From Octopus bimaculoides (lineage: Eukaryota), in contig NC_068998.1 of the NCBI RefSeq assembly GCF_001194135.2, positions 55,055,791 to 55,104,571 on the forward strand: a stretch of DNA of 48,781 nucleotides. The letters run 5' to 3'. A program made the translations under genes and the position numbers. Under the pieces are notes generated by a model. The model was not told where the DNA came from, made no database searches, and was given only the letters and a program-made list of their open reading frames with translations. Shown here in pieces: positions 11,471 to 23,849 of the stretch. How positions within the stretch are numbered: position 1 is the first letter of the stretch; each line of letters starts with the position of its first letter.

Positions 11471-13223
11471 GTGTGCATGTAAGTCATGTACATGTGTGTG
11501 TGTGTGTGTGTGTGCAATGGAGTTCTTTTCAATTTCTATCTCCTAAGTTCATTCCCAAAACTTTAGATTAGCCTCAGCCTATGGTACAAAACTTAATAAA
11601 GGATACTTTATTAATAGCTTAATTTAATCTCCCTAATTTAATTCAACCGTTTTGAGAGTTCCAAGTTAAAACCTTCCACCAGAATAATTCCAAATCAATT
11701 TTTGTCACAAAACACCACATTAATTCATTAATGACAAAGTTATTTTACGAAATTCTTCATTATTTTCAAAATTAAGTCAAATAATGGCAGAGTATCTCAA
11801 CAGAAATATATTCATTAAAGTGTCACTGGTGTTTTTAAGGGCTTTGAATAGGGTAAGGGGAGCTGCCATGACCTTTTTTCAAGACTTCCATGATAGGTGG
11901 GAGGAAAGGAGGAAGTTGCCCCCTGGAGCTAGGAACCACGGATCTGGTGGCCCAAATACTTGCAGCAGAATGTTCATCACTGAAGGTACCCAAGAACCAG
12001 ATGGTGGTGTTAAACTGGGTATGGATTAAATTTACCAGCTAAGCATATCATTGCAACTGAATGCCACCTGTAAAACAAGCTGCAGTGTTAATCTGGCCAT
12101 GAAATAAAATTAATGAAAATAAGAGTCATAATACTACTAATAATAAAGTAATGAAGTAAAGCTTTAGAAGCATGTGACCTTTGCACATCTAAACGAAAGC
12201 TAATGAAAGGTGGGGTGCAGGCTCGTACTTATTTACTCATGTATCTAGCACTGTTAATTGAAGAGGAGTTTGGTTTGGGTGTGTAAAATATTGCTTAGCA
12301 ATTACTGTCTGCCACCTTTCTCAACTATATTGTTACTCCCCAACCTGCCCCCCCCCAATCTCTTCGTCATAATCACCATCACCACCACTATCATTATAAA
12401 TAACTGATGTTAATGTAACATTTCGTTAAAACTAAATGACGCTATTGATTACTAAATGTTTGGAGTAAGCCAATGTTAAAATTAATTGTTAATCCGTTGA
12501 CGAATCATAAAGATCCATGAAACATATTCTCGGCTCCAGTTTCTCGAGAATTAAGAAGCTGAGAGATGAATCTACGCCACTGGATAGGATGCTGATGAAT
12601 CACAGTTAACTTTCCTTGGAAGTCAGCCAATATTTGAAATGAATATTTAATCCTTACATGAATCTTAAGAATTTCATTTAGGTTTACCAATTCCTCAACT
12701 CCAGTTTCATTTCTCTCCTACACACACACATACGTGCATAGAAAGTAAAACTCTACAAATGTCTCACACTTTTTGTGAAGAAATTCAAACCGTTGTTGTT
12801 GTTGCTTAGCTCCAGGTCATTTTTAATCTTTTTCTTGTTCAGTCATTAGACTGTGGCCATGCTGGGGCACCACTTTGAAGGGTTTTAGTTAAATGAATTG
12901 ACCCCAGTACTTAAGTAAGAATTCACTCAACTTGTGTGGATTGTCTTTCTGAATGCTGTGTCTAAACCAATCATATTCTTGATGTGTCTGTTTAAATAAC
13001 ATCCAAATGCTACATCTATTGGATCAACATTTAAACACTGTGTCTATCTTGTCAAACACTGTATCTTTGCAATGAACACATAAACATCATGTTAGGGAAG
13101 GAGGGATTAAAACTACGAGAGGTGGCGGTGGGGCAGAGCAGGTTCTTGTAGAGAGTTTGTATGACAATCCCCATTTAGGAGAAGAAGAGAAAAGAGAAAT
13201 CTGATCTGTCGGAGGTGCAGAGA

Positions 13224-13595
13224 GATAGAATCATTCATCATTTTAAGATCCACTTTCCAGGCAGATTTTCTATAACCAGATGCCCTTTCTGTTGCCAAGT
13301 AAGGTAGTATGTGCCCATAGCCAGACAGGTTTTCATAGAAAATTGGAAATGAAAGACACTGCTTGTATGATGGTTATACTCGTTTACAACTATCATTTAT
13401 ACAACATCAAGAGAAGAGACTAACACACACACATATTTGACAGGCCTCTTCAGTTTCCATTTGTTGACTCCACTCACAAGGCTTTGGTCAACCTGGAACT
13501 TGGGTAAGTAGAAGATACTTACCCAAGATGTCATACACTGAGACTGAACCAAAAACCACATAATTGGGAAGCAAACTTGTTAGCCACACAGCTAT
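13224..13595 (-). mobile_element. SINE family A head and core, (TG)n, then RTE-like tail (tail type 2)
   Basis: The core matches 7530-7620. The 3' part (gcagattttctataaccagatgccctttctgttgcc) resembles the RTE 3' end ctacagctggatgcccttcctaacgcc. Confidence 0.75.
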
Positions 13596-14689
13596 GGGGA
13601 CACACACACACATACAGGGTTTAAGAAAAGATAAGTTGTGACATTCATATATTTCTCAAGGACATTATTAATAGAATTAGTAAAATGAAAATGGCTTCAA
13701 ACAAGACCCCAAAACATCTTGATAGAACCCATCTTGCCAAGAAGTTATTTCTTGAAGATTACAAACTTAAAAAATACACAAATCACTACATTGTCTCAGA
13801 TTTTCAGATTTATTTTCCAAAGTGGGGAGATAAGAATGTGTGATGTTTATGCCTTTCTACAAGACCTGTTAAAATTGAGAGGATAAGTTATGAAGGACAA
13901 AAATATTGACCATTCTAGCCATCGGGGAGACAGAATGAGAAAAAATTTCTATGTTGAGATCTACAGGTTGTCTGGGTTGTGAACTAGAGCTAGCTGTTTA
14001 TTTATTCAAGAATTGGTTCGTATTCATATGTTCTTCCGAGATTTTAATCCAATGTCAGGTCTATTATATCCATATATGTCGATGCATCTGTACCATAGAA
14101 CAGGCAGAAAGGAAAGAGAAGAGAGAAGCAGAGAGCAGACGAGAGGGGGAGGATATATGAATAGTTGTTACTAAGATAGATTGTAGTAGTATATAGTAGG
14201 TGCGTGTGCGTGTGTGTGTATTCACATTTGTCAGTTCTATTCTTCCAAAAACTGACAGAAGTGTGATGATAAAATGAGTGGGAGATGTTTGGCGACAATT
14301 CTACTCGCTCACACACGTGTGTGTGTGTGATTGTGTGTGTGTACATGCACATATTATGTTACACACATATGTAGTTATATATGTGTGTAATTGAATATAT
14401 TTGTGTATACACAAACAAGTGTGTATAATTGTCATTGTATGTGTATATACATTATGTGTGTGTGTGTGTAAGGGAGACAGGGATAGAGAGAAGGAGAGAG
14501 AAAGACATCGTGTTATTGAAATATTAAAAAGAAAATTTTTAAAAATTAAGCTTGCATACGCATGCACGAACACATACACATATAAGAGAGAGGGAGGAAA
14601 AGAGAGATGCACATTCACTCACACACATCATTAAGATGAAAGAAAATAAATAAAGGTAAAGAAGAATCGCAGAACATGTGCCCAAGCGC

Positions 14690-14945
14690 ATGGTGGCTGC
14701 AGTAGGTAAGCCTAATTAACAAGGAGTCAGGTGTCGGCCAATCAGAGGGCGTCTACAGTGGTTCTAGTTTGGATTTATTGCCGCTGACGGAAACATGTGC
14801 GTTGTCACGTGCGTTCGGCTTTTCCAGTAGAAATCCAGCCTCCCAGTGTCTCTCTCACTCTATGGTCAGAGGAAGAAACGAGGGGGGGAAGAAGGGAGGG
14901 AGAGGAAGAGGGCGACAAGAAATATTCTGCATTACGTCATAGAGA
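14690..14945. promoter_or_regulatory. Promoter-like motif cluster (CCAAT box, E-box, CRE-like sites)
   Basis: ggCCAATcag at 14736-14745, TGACG at 14785, GTCACGTG at 14804-14811 and TTACGTCA at 14932-14939, followed by ~1.5 kb of CpG-richer sequence. The target transcript is unknown. Confidence 0.45.
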
Positions 14946-17547
14946 TGAGTTACCATTCCTTGTGGGTTTTTTTTTAATCTGTAGTTTTCGGAAAAGAGAA
15001 AGAAAAACGAGATAGGACTAAATTTAAATATAAATAGCTTCTTTAATTAATTTCAATAATTAAAAACAAAACAAAATAGAATTCATCTCGATGCCTTTTT
15101 TATCCTAAAATTTTCTGTCCGTATGTGACATTTTGTATATTCAGCCCATTCTATTGAAATAATAATAATAATTCTTATTGTTATTAGGACGATGATGATG
15201 ATGACGGAGGTGGTAATGATATGGCCTGCGCCTGAACTCCATGCTAATCACTGTGAATAGTTAAAGAGCGGTGTTTCCCTTCGTATTTAGCGATGACGTT
15301 ATCACTGATATTAAATTGTTCGCCTCAAATGCATACAGCGACAACAAACGGCAACAAACACCGCGAAAGAAGGGCGATTTGTCAACGTCCATCAACAGCA
15401 AACACACACACACACACAGAGAATCGTTTGGGTTGTGGCTAGAAATCTATTCATACTAATATTATAATTTAATTCAATATACACGCATAGGATTCAAATG
15501 AACGGAACTGAAATACATATACACTCGCAATTCTCCTGTTGCGCTGTGTATGTATGCGTGTGCGCGTGCTATTTTCGTTTTCAATTCTTACAAAGTTAAC
15601 ATTTTCTAATTGAAATTTAAACTCTCTCACACACACACACTGGTTGCATGTATAATTGTGAATGTATGCATATAAGCGTACGAGCTTGCATTCATTTAAA
15701 TAGTTTTCGAAGTACAAAATTGTAATTAAATTTCAATGTTGACAAAGGTGTCTTTTCACGGCGTATAAATAACTAGGAAATAAAGCACGTGCCTCAGTGT
15801 GTGTGTGTATATGGGAGTGCGTACGTGCGAGTGCGCGCGTGCGTGATAAGGAAGTTCTCCCGAGAGAAAACGAAACAGCTGAGAGATGTCACAAGAATTA
15901 ATTCTGTTAGAATCTCGTCTTTCGGACCGTCTTTTTCGAACTTACCCTGGGTCAAAGCTTCAGTCATCAATTGCTGTTGTTTGTGGTAGTCAATTCGTTA
16001 CTCGGAATAATCATTTGTCGATACAGCTTGAAATAAAAACCGTGTGTGTGTGCGCGCGCGTTAAACAGACAGACTTAAATTCCTCAGTCCTCTCCAGACT
16101 TTTGCTCTCTCTTGCCTGTCTGTGTGTGTATGTTATTTTGTTTGTTGGATTTTTGTTGGTCTATATATTGAGTATTCAAGATGATATCCAATGTATTTTT
16201 AGTTTTTTTTAAAGGTGTTTGGCAGGATTTCATGGAGAGTTGAGTACTACGTTTTGCAACTTGAGTGGCCGCATAGAGAGAGGCCCTTTCTGTTGACTCG
16301 ATAAACATTTGCCTTTCAGGTTGGCCCTGATCGAGCAGACCTATGACCAAAAGTAATTCAAGTCGTGGGCATCTGATATAGTAGGGTGTGATCTGAAGGA
16401 GATTTGGTCATGACTTCTAGCAGGTCTAACGACCATATAGAAGTTGATGTTCGCTCGTCGGTTCGAGTTGTATTTTCGTATTTTATGGAGGTGGTCAGTG
16501 AACGAGCGATAACATAATACTCCCAAGGAGAGCCTTATCCATCGGAAATGCCGTGCAGCCGTGCTACCACATACACTTCCCCTTTCTCTCTCTCTCTCTT
16601 TATCACACACACACACATCATGTTAGCAAAGTGCGCTTAAATGTTCTTGTGCATAAATATTTACGTAAAAAGTAATATTCCTTAATTATAATTAATTTCA
16701 AATTTGATTTGCTCACTGAATTTGTTTTCCTGTTCTCGCCTGCAAGTCCGTAAAAAAAAAGGCCAGTCTTATTTATTCATTTTGTTGTAAATTTATATTT
16801 TGAGTCACAAGACCATCTAAGTAGGGGCGGGGTGTTGTTTAGTAACTCGTTTTTTTGTGGTTTTTCTTTCTTCCTTTTTAACTTTCAACATCCGACTTGT
16901 AATAAGAAGACTTTTGAATTCGTCAACGAGTGAAGCTGTCAACACATTGTTGATGTGGTTTTGTTATGGTCGTTGAAAAGCTCTGGATTCATACTTCAGC
17001 AGATCGTATGATACAGAAGCAGCAGATTAGAAGGATTTCACAGATCCAGCATCCTGGATATGCAATTATTAAGAAGTCTCTAGCATTCGTTGGAAGTAAA
17101 GCTTCCTTATTTATCTTACCAGTTCCTAAAAGCCGGGGACATCCTGTCCTTACGAGAGAATATAATGTCTTAAGAGATAATTTAAAACGAGTGTTAGTTA
17201 TTTTGAAAGACTATGAAAAGTTTACTGAGGAAAATTTGGCAGCTGTTTCTTACAAATACAGAAACGATATGTGTAAATGCTTGTATGTGTGGTGGTGAGG
17301 TATTCATTCGGAGCTGATACCCATTGCTATTCGGTGTCAATATGGGCAATCCTTGAAAAGATCCATTTTTGTAACCTAAAGGAGGGCTCAGACCTTCAAA
17401 GTCTGAGTACGGAGTGAATCAACAGCTTTGATGGAATACATTTTGCTAACGTACTGAGCACTCATTCCTCCATTTGTACGTTGAAGTGTGTGTGTGTGTA
17501 CACATACACTCACGTGTGCATATATAGATATACGTACACACATATAT

Positions 17548-17800
17548 CATCAGCAGCAGCACTTAACGTCCGTTTTTTTCTTATGTGCAATGGGTTGGAT
17601 GGCTTGATAGAGGCTAACAAGGCAGAGGTTTGCACCAAACTACAAAGTCTACTTTGGTATGGTTTCTACAGCTGAATGCACTTCCTAACGCTAACTACTT
17701 TACTGAGTGGGTGCTTTTTATGTGGCACTAGCATGACTGAGGTTACCAAGTGAGTCACAAGACAGAGATCCCCTCAGCTGAGGAGGGGAGGGTAACATTG
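17548..17800 (-). mobile_element. Degenerate RTE-type 3' end
   Basis: ttaacgtcc...tttctacagctgaatgcacttcctaacgctaac...gtgggtgctttttatgtggcac; shared with the 25252 and 28326 copies. Confidence 0.75.
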
Positions 17801-17962
17801 GGGAAGGTGGCTTTGTGCCAGGTGATAAGGGGATCAGGTTATGATAGAGGGACAAGTACAGGTGGTTAGGGTTACTTAAGTTGGAAGAGAAGGAGGAGGA
17901 AGGTGAGGTGTTGCCTCAAATTACAAGAAGGTGAATGAAGAGAAGTGGTATGGATGGGGATA

Positions 17963-18045
17963 GAGGGAGATGCAGTGAGGGGGATGCAGAGGGAGATGCA
18001 GTGAGGGGGATGCAGAGGGAGATAGAGGGAGATGCAGTGAGGGAT
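17963..18045. repeat. Purine-rich minisatellite, 26-bp unit, about 3 copies
   Basis: gagggagatgcagtgagggggatgca occurs twice exactly (17963-18014), followed by degenerate copies. Confidence 0.85.
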
Positions 18046-18199
18046 GAATATGAGTGGAAGCAAGATCAGTCATGAGTATGTGTTGGAGGGAAAAGTGGAG
18101 GAAGTAGGTGTGGGTGAAGGAGGCAATGGGTAGCAGCAGAGTGAGAGGGGTGGTGTGCAAGGGGAGAAGTCAGCGTTACATGAGGGGGGAAAAAGGAGC

Positions 18200-18483
18200 T
18201 GTGGATGCAGTGGACAGACTTGAAAGAAACGAAGCGAGCATGCTCTGCTGGATGTGCAATGTCTGTGTGCATTTACCACAGAATGTAAATGTGTTGGGAG
18301 AGAAAGATTGGGTATGAGGCATGAGAGAACACTGATGTGGTATGGTCATGTAATGCAAATGGATGAGGACAGCTTTGTAGAAAAATGCCGATTGTTGATG
18401 TGGATGGAAGATGTGGGATGAATAGTGAAGAATGACCTTCAGATGTTGAGTCTCATTCAGGAGATGACAAAGGATGGCTGCAG
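18200..18483 (+). mobile_element. RTE-clade LINE ORF2 C-terminal fragment (degenerate)
   Basis: RLERNEASMLCWMCNV...WYGHVMQMDEDSFVEKCR; similar to 26860-26995 and to the start of 47673. Confidence 0.85.
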
Positions 18484-21319
18484 TCTAATGAGTGAAACAA
18501 GTAAAAGAATATATATATTTACACATATATAAGTATGTATGTGTGTGTGACTTAATGATCCTGTAAGTCACAAGCCCGTGGGCTCAGTAGGACAGCGCTT
18601 ATCCAGGTTTCTGTACTGTGTAAGCAACCATAAGTATGATGGAATGCCAGTCAGTCTGTAGGTTTAAACCGTAGCTGTTTCTGATTCGTATTTTCAGGTA
18701 AGTGAGCTGCAGCAATGGGGAATGAAGTGTCTGACTGAAGAACACAGCATGTAGCCTCGTCTGAGAATAGAAACCATGACCTTATGATCGTTAGTCCAAT
18801 ACTCTTACCTACAAAGCCAGTTATCTTTTTACTTAGCACAGAAACATCCATACATCTCCTCTCTCTCTCTCTCATTCAACACAATTCCAGATTAGATCTT
18901 CTCTCTGGTTGTAACTGAAAGTTTAGGATCCTGGAAAGTCAGTGCTTTATATCATCAAAAGATATTTGTACCTTTCGATGTCCATATTTTGTTCAAAGTG
19001 AGCTCCCATAATATTAGCTCTCTTATCCATGATAAGAGAATTATCGAAGGAACTTACACCTCAGCTCTCAACCTGTTCACTGTAACAGCTGAATGTTACA
19101 TTGCCAACAAAATTTAAATATAAGGATGTTGTTTCTGAAAATCAAGATGGGATGAGCAGAGCGAAAGAAGGTCAGCTTGAGATAAGCTCAACAGGATTAT
19201 TCAATAATAATAAGACTCTACTGACTTATTGATCTGAGAACTTGATTTTATACAAAGTAAGTCGTTCGCTGGTCTAATGATTTGATTTCAAGCTACTCAG
19301 TATAAACGGGGAACTACTTTGGTAATGGTGAGAAGAACGTATGTTCTCCTCCATAGGCTGAGATTCAGTCTTTATTGTTTCAGCAGCTGACTCCCTGCAA
19401 GACTCCAATCACAGCTACAATGGATCACTGCTTCAATATCTGGAATGGCCAGACTAATATGGACCACCTCTTTCCCTGGGTAAAAATGGATTTGCATAGA
19501 GCCGAAACCCCTCCCAAGAATAGAAAGCAAAGTTACAGAAGCATCAATGTAAAACGAACAAGACTTGGGAGAGAGAAGTCTTCCAGTGGAGAAAAGATGT
19601 TGATGGCTTCTGCTCCATGGGGAGTGAAGGTGCTTAAGTGTGGTGGATGCATTCAGAGACTCTGGGATGAATGTGGCAAAACAGAACAAAACTATTTTGG
19701 AGGTCCTGGAATGGGGTGAGAGATCTCTCAAAATTTGCTTCCAATTGAGCATTCTCGACTCTGGGCTGCCTTTTCTGTTTCTTTTCAGTTAGATCCCTAG
19801 TTTTTCAGTTCTGTCTCCAGCTTCTCATTATTTTTAGGGTGTCCCATGTTTCCTTCAGGGAAGGCCCATTCCTTTTCTAGGTCTTGTTGGCTTTGGATTG
19901 TCATCAATACTTCTGCAACTACTTTTTTTCTAGGTTAGAGTGTTGGATCTATTTTTGTGTCTGAGAAAAGATGGTCTATACTAGTCTAGCTTCTATCCTC
20001 CTTTCACCTGTCCAGAATGAAAGACCCTACCCAGAGTTCGTGCCCCACTGGCACAGAGCTCTCAGGGTCATTGAGGCACACAAGCCACCAGACTGCAGCA
20101 AGGACTGAACCTTGTCCCATCTCTAATCAAACTGATCAAGGATCAAAGGAATCCCAGGCACACTGTACCCTGGGTTACATTAGCCAATGCATCCCTTCCT
20201 GTTTTGTAACAGCATGTGATTTGAGTGGTTGCTATTTCTAGCTGGTGAGCAACTACGCAGAGGCTGCCTCATTGGTTTGACTGCACTATAATCAATTATC
20301 ATACAGTAATAATGATTCACATTTTATTCGTTTGTATTGCTAATCCCAAATCTCTCAAAGGGTTTAACCTGATAGCAGAACTGATCTTGACTTGTTGTGG
20401 ATCTATAGTTTGGTGGAGCCCAATGGATGGCAGCACTTATGGTCAGATATAAAACATTCATAAATAATATTTAGAAAGCAAAAATTTCTTTGATGAGTCC
20501 ATAATTTATTGAAATATTTCAATTTTTTTTTCCTGATGACATAGCTTATTCAACTCATTCCAATTAATTATGCACTTTTAGATATTAATTATGTAATAAT
20601 AGGTATGATGATGTTTGTATTTCAACTGTGCAAACTGCTGTAGAACTGAGAGTGAAATTATGAAACAACACTGTAATCCTTGTTTTTTATTCTTCTAAAT
20701 ATTTTGCGCTGAACATTTGTTTTAACCAATTTATCTCCATACAAACTCATTCCAGTTATGGTGATTGCATTTAAAGAAAATATTGGAATTTAATATGCTA
20801 AAAGTGGAGCTCTTAAATTCAGTGTGTATATTTTTTATAATATCTAAGCCTTAATTCAATATAATAAAATATAGAGGTACTCATATGCAGACATTCATAT
20901 ACAGATATTCATTTGGAATCAACTAATACAGAATGCAGGTCACTCTTTAGTAACTAACACAAAATAGAAAGTATAAGAAGCTCCCTAGATCTGGTACAGA
21001 GGATTGGTTAGCTTGATGAAATGTATTCTGTCCATTCTGTAAAGTTAGAAAAGGCATCCAGCTATAGACATGGACTCCACAAGCCACAACAGAGGCAGCC
21101 AATCTTGAAGAGAGTAGTTTAAGGTAGAGAGGAATCCGTAGTCCTGCTGCAGGTGACTTCTCTGGGGTTGGGTACATGATAAAAAGCGCTCATTCTGTAT
21201 GATAAAGTGACTGGTAATAGGATGACCATCTACTCATAAAACCATGCCAAATGCATGATATACACAACAGCAAGGAGTGGTGCTTTTTTTCTGTTGCAGT
21301 GTATGACAAATGAGAAGAG

Positions 21320-21498
21320 ACAGCAAAAATCTGAGGTGAAAGGGGCTAGTTGATTACATTGACCCCAGTACATGACTGGTACTTATTTTAACGAACCCAA
21401 AAATATGAAAGGCACAGCCAACCTTGCCAGAATTTGAACTCAGTAAAGACAGACGAAATGCCACAAAGCATGCTAATGACTCTGCCAGCTCACCACCT
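21320..21498 (-). mobile_element. SINE family B copy
   Basis: gattacattgaccccagtac...tgaaaggcacagccaacc...atttgaactcag...gactctgccagctcaccacc. Confidence 0.8.
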
Positions 21499-21923
21499 CA
21501 AAGAAATTGAACCATAATGAGAGAACATTGTGTGTGTTAGAGTTTGGAATCAACCCCAGCTAAAATTCTGGATTCACCCTGAATATATGATATGAGCAAT
21601 TAGAAAACTTCAGTGATTATGTATTCAGTTTTGTTAATCTCGTATTTAGGATGATTATATTTACAGTATCACGCCCTATTATGGAATATATGTGGTTAAT
21701 CCTTATCAGACCATCATGTTGGCTTAGTTTAATTAAGCTTCCACACTGACAATAAATGGGATTAAGATAGAGAAGATCTACAATGAAAATAGTTAAACTG
21801 AGCACTGATTTGAAAGCTTTCTGTATATTTGTGGATGTTTAAACATACGTAAGTATGTGTGTGTCTATGTAAAAATATGTGTGTGTGTGTGCATGCATAT
21901 AGATAGATGTGAGTATGTGTGTG

Positions 21924-21988
<65 letters not shown>

Positions 21989-22736
21989 AGCTATTTCAAG
22001 GATAAAGATACCTTTTTTAAAAGGGATATTAACATCCAAGCTTCCCTGGTTTAATTTTATATATTGACAAAATTTTCAGGAGCCCAGTATCACTTAATTG
22101 GTGCTTTATCATTTAATTAATAATAGGCACCAATTAAGTATATTCCGGAGTTCAATGATTGTTTCACTTTGATATACAGGAACATTTCAACATAGTTTAT
22201 ATTAAGAACAAAATGGAGAGTTTAACTGATGTATATCAATTCATTAACATACTGTTATTGATAATTCTTTGTAACCTACGATCATTTCCATACACAACTT
22301 ATTCAATTACAAATTAATAAATTAAAAATCAAAAATGCATATTGAAAACAGGTGAGTTAAATTTTCCCTCAGGATGAGAATTATACATAAAAAGAAGAGA
22401 ACTTCCAAACTCCATTCTTTTTGTTTATAATTGCAAAAAACTCTGTGGATATTTTGGGTTTTTAGGCATGTTTGATAAATCTATCTGATAGCTTGGCCCC
22501 ATGGATGAGCTTAATAGGGTAAATTCCTAAATTAACACCCAAATGAAATTATTATATATATATTCTCACTACAATGCCCTCCTACTTGCCAGACATCAGA
22601 AAGTCACCTCACTAGCAAATGTAAAATTTTAAATCCAACAAGGTTTGCACAGCACCTCATAGCCCCCCCCCCTCTCTTCACCCCCTACTGATATGATCCA
22701 GACAAGCTAGAGTAAGATAGATATTGGTACCTGTAT

Positions 22737-22960
22737 TTATCCAACTAAATGTGTGCCATTTTGTGCCACTACCTTTTGCCATCTTTGAGGCAGTTTCATG
22801 AGTCCATCCTTTGAGGACCTGGCATCTTTCTGAGTGATGAACTGGTTTAAGTAGTTTTTACAGACACACGAGGAATTGAATTACTTCTCATTAAGAGGAT
22901 TTCGTTGGATTGAAATAAGTTATAATCTGAAGGGGCAAAATGAGGTTGTTTACTATATCT
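22737..22960 (-). mobile_element. Mariner transposase C-terminal remnant
   Basis: The minus strand reads RYSKQPHFAPSDYNLFQS (mariner YSPDLAPSDY motif), then after a frameshift CKNYLNQFITQKDARSSKDGLMKLPQRWQKVVAQNGTHLVG* (mariner KLPxRWQKVxxxNG C-terminus). No clear TIR seen. Confidence 0.88.
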
Positions 22961-23600
22961 CTAATTTAACACACTCAACAAAAGTTCTCTGAAATTGTCT
23001 TCAGGACTTTCATCTTGTCACCAAACAGTTTTCACATGTAAAAACTCTTCAATCACCCCAACTCAACAGTCTTTCCATCCAGTGCTGGATTTAGCTATAG
23101 AAAACAGGCTTCTTGTTTAAAAATTACATCAGTGACGCTCAAAAATTAAATACATATATATTTTTTTATATTATACTTATTCATTAAGACCCCTGTGGAT
23201 TTTGATGCCAAAACCTGTAGCCTGCTTTTTCTTCTGCCTAAATCCATCACTCCTTCCGTTACTCACAGTCAGTACCTGCTACACCTAGCACCCATTCGCA
23301 CCAAACTTTCTGCTTGTCTGTGTCAGTATATCGCTATTTCTTAGTTGCAGAAGTCTCTATCTAATGCTCTTTGCATATCAAATTTTTACGAAATATTTAG
23401 GATTTAGTGAGACAAAAATTCAGCTATCTGAAATGCGTATACTGCTAACATTATTTTGAGCTTTCGGAATAATTTTGTGATATTAAACTTCATCAGTGCT
23501 AACTTAGGATTCAATACTCGATTCAATCAATGCGCGGACGTATTAGTGAGGTTAATTTGAAAAGTCTGATAACTGAAAAATATTTTACAGCCAAATTTAC

Positions 23601-23682
23601 CAAATGTAGGACAAGTATTCATAACATAAATACTCTTGTAGTATCTGCCACCTGGTAAACATGATCCTTTGGTATCGATATC
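23601..23682 (-). CDS. Candidate second exon of the same minus-strand gene (GYRYQRIMFTRWQILQEYLCYEYLSYI)
   Basis: Acceptor tttgttag and donor TG|gtaaat, with an alternative donor at 23652. The frame is open and phase-compatible with the 19-nt exon across a 189-nt intron. No homology recognised. Confidence 0.2.
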
Positions 23683-23849
23683 CTAACAAATTATGATACC
23701 TAATCTACCGACGACAGTGTATGAAGATAAAACTAAAAACGTCAAGTCAACATTATAAATAAATAAATAAATAAATAACTTATTCTTTATTGAAACTACT
23801 TCCACAGTTTAAATGACAAAATCCATGGTCAGAAAAAATTAATAATTTA

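Noticed and set aside
11784-12070. GC-richer island with an 81-aa ORF and a minus-strand acceptor (WHSVAMICLAGKFNPYPV*)
   Set aside because: No recognisable motif or consistent exon partner; could equally be an old repeat.
19372-19752. RNase H-like reading of FYIDASV in the minus-strand ORF
   Set aside because: Only one partial motif; the other catalytic motifs are not evident.
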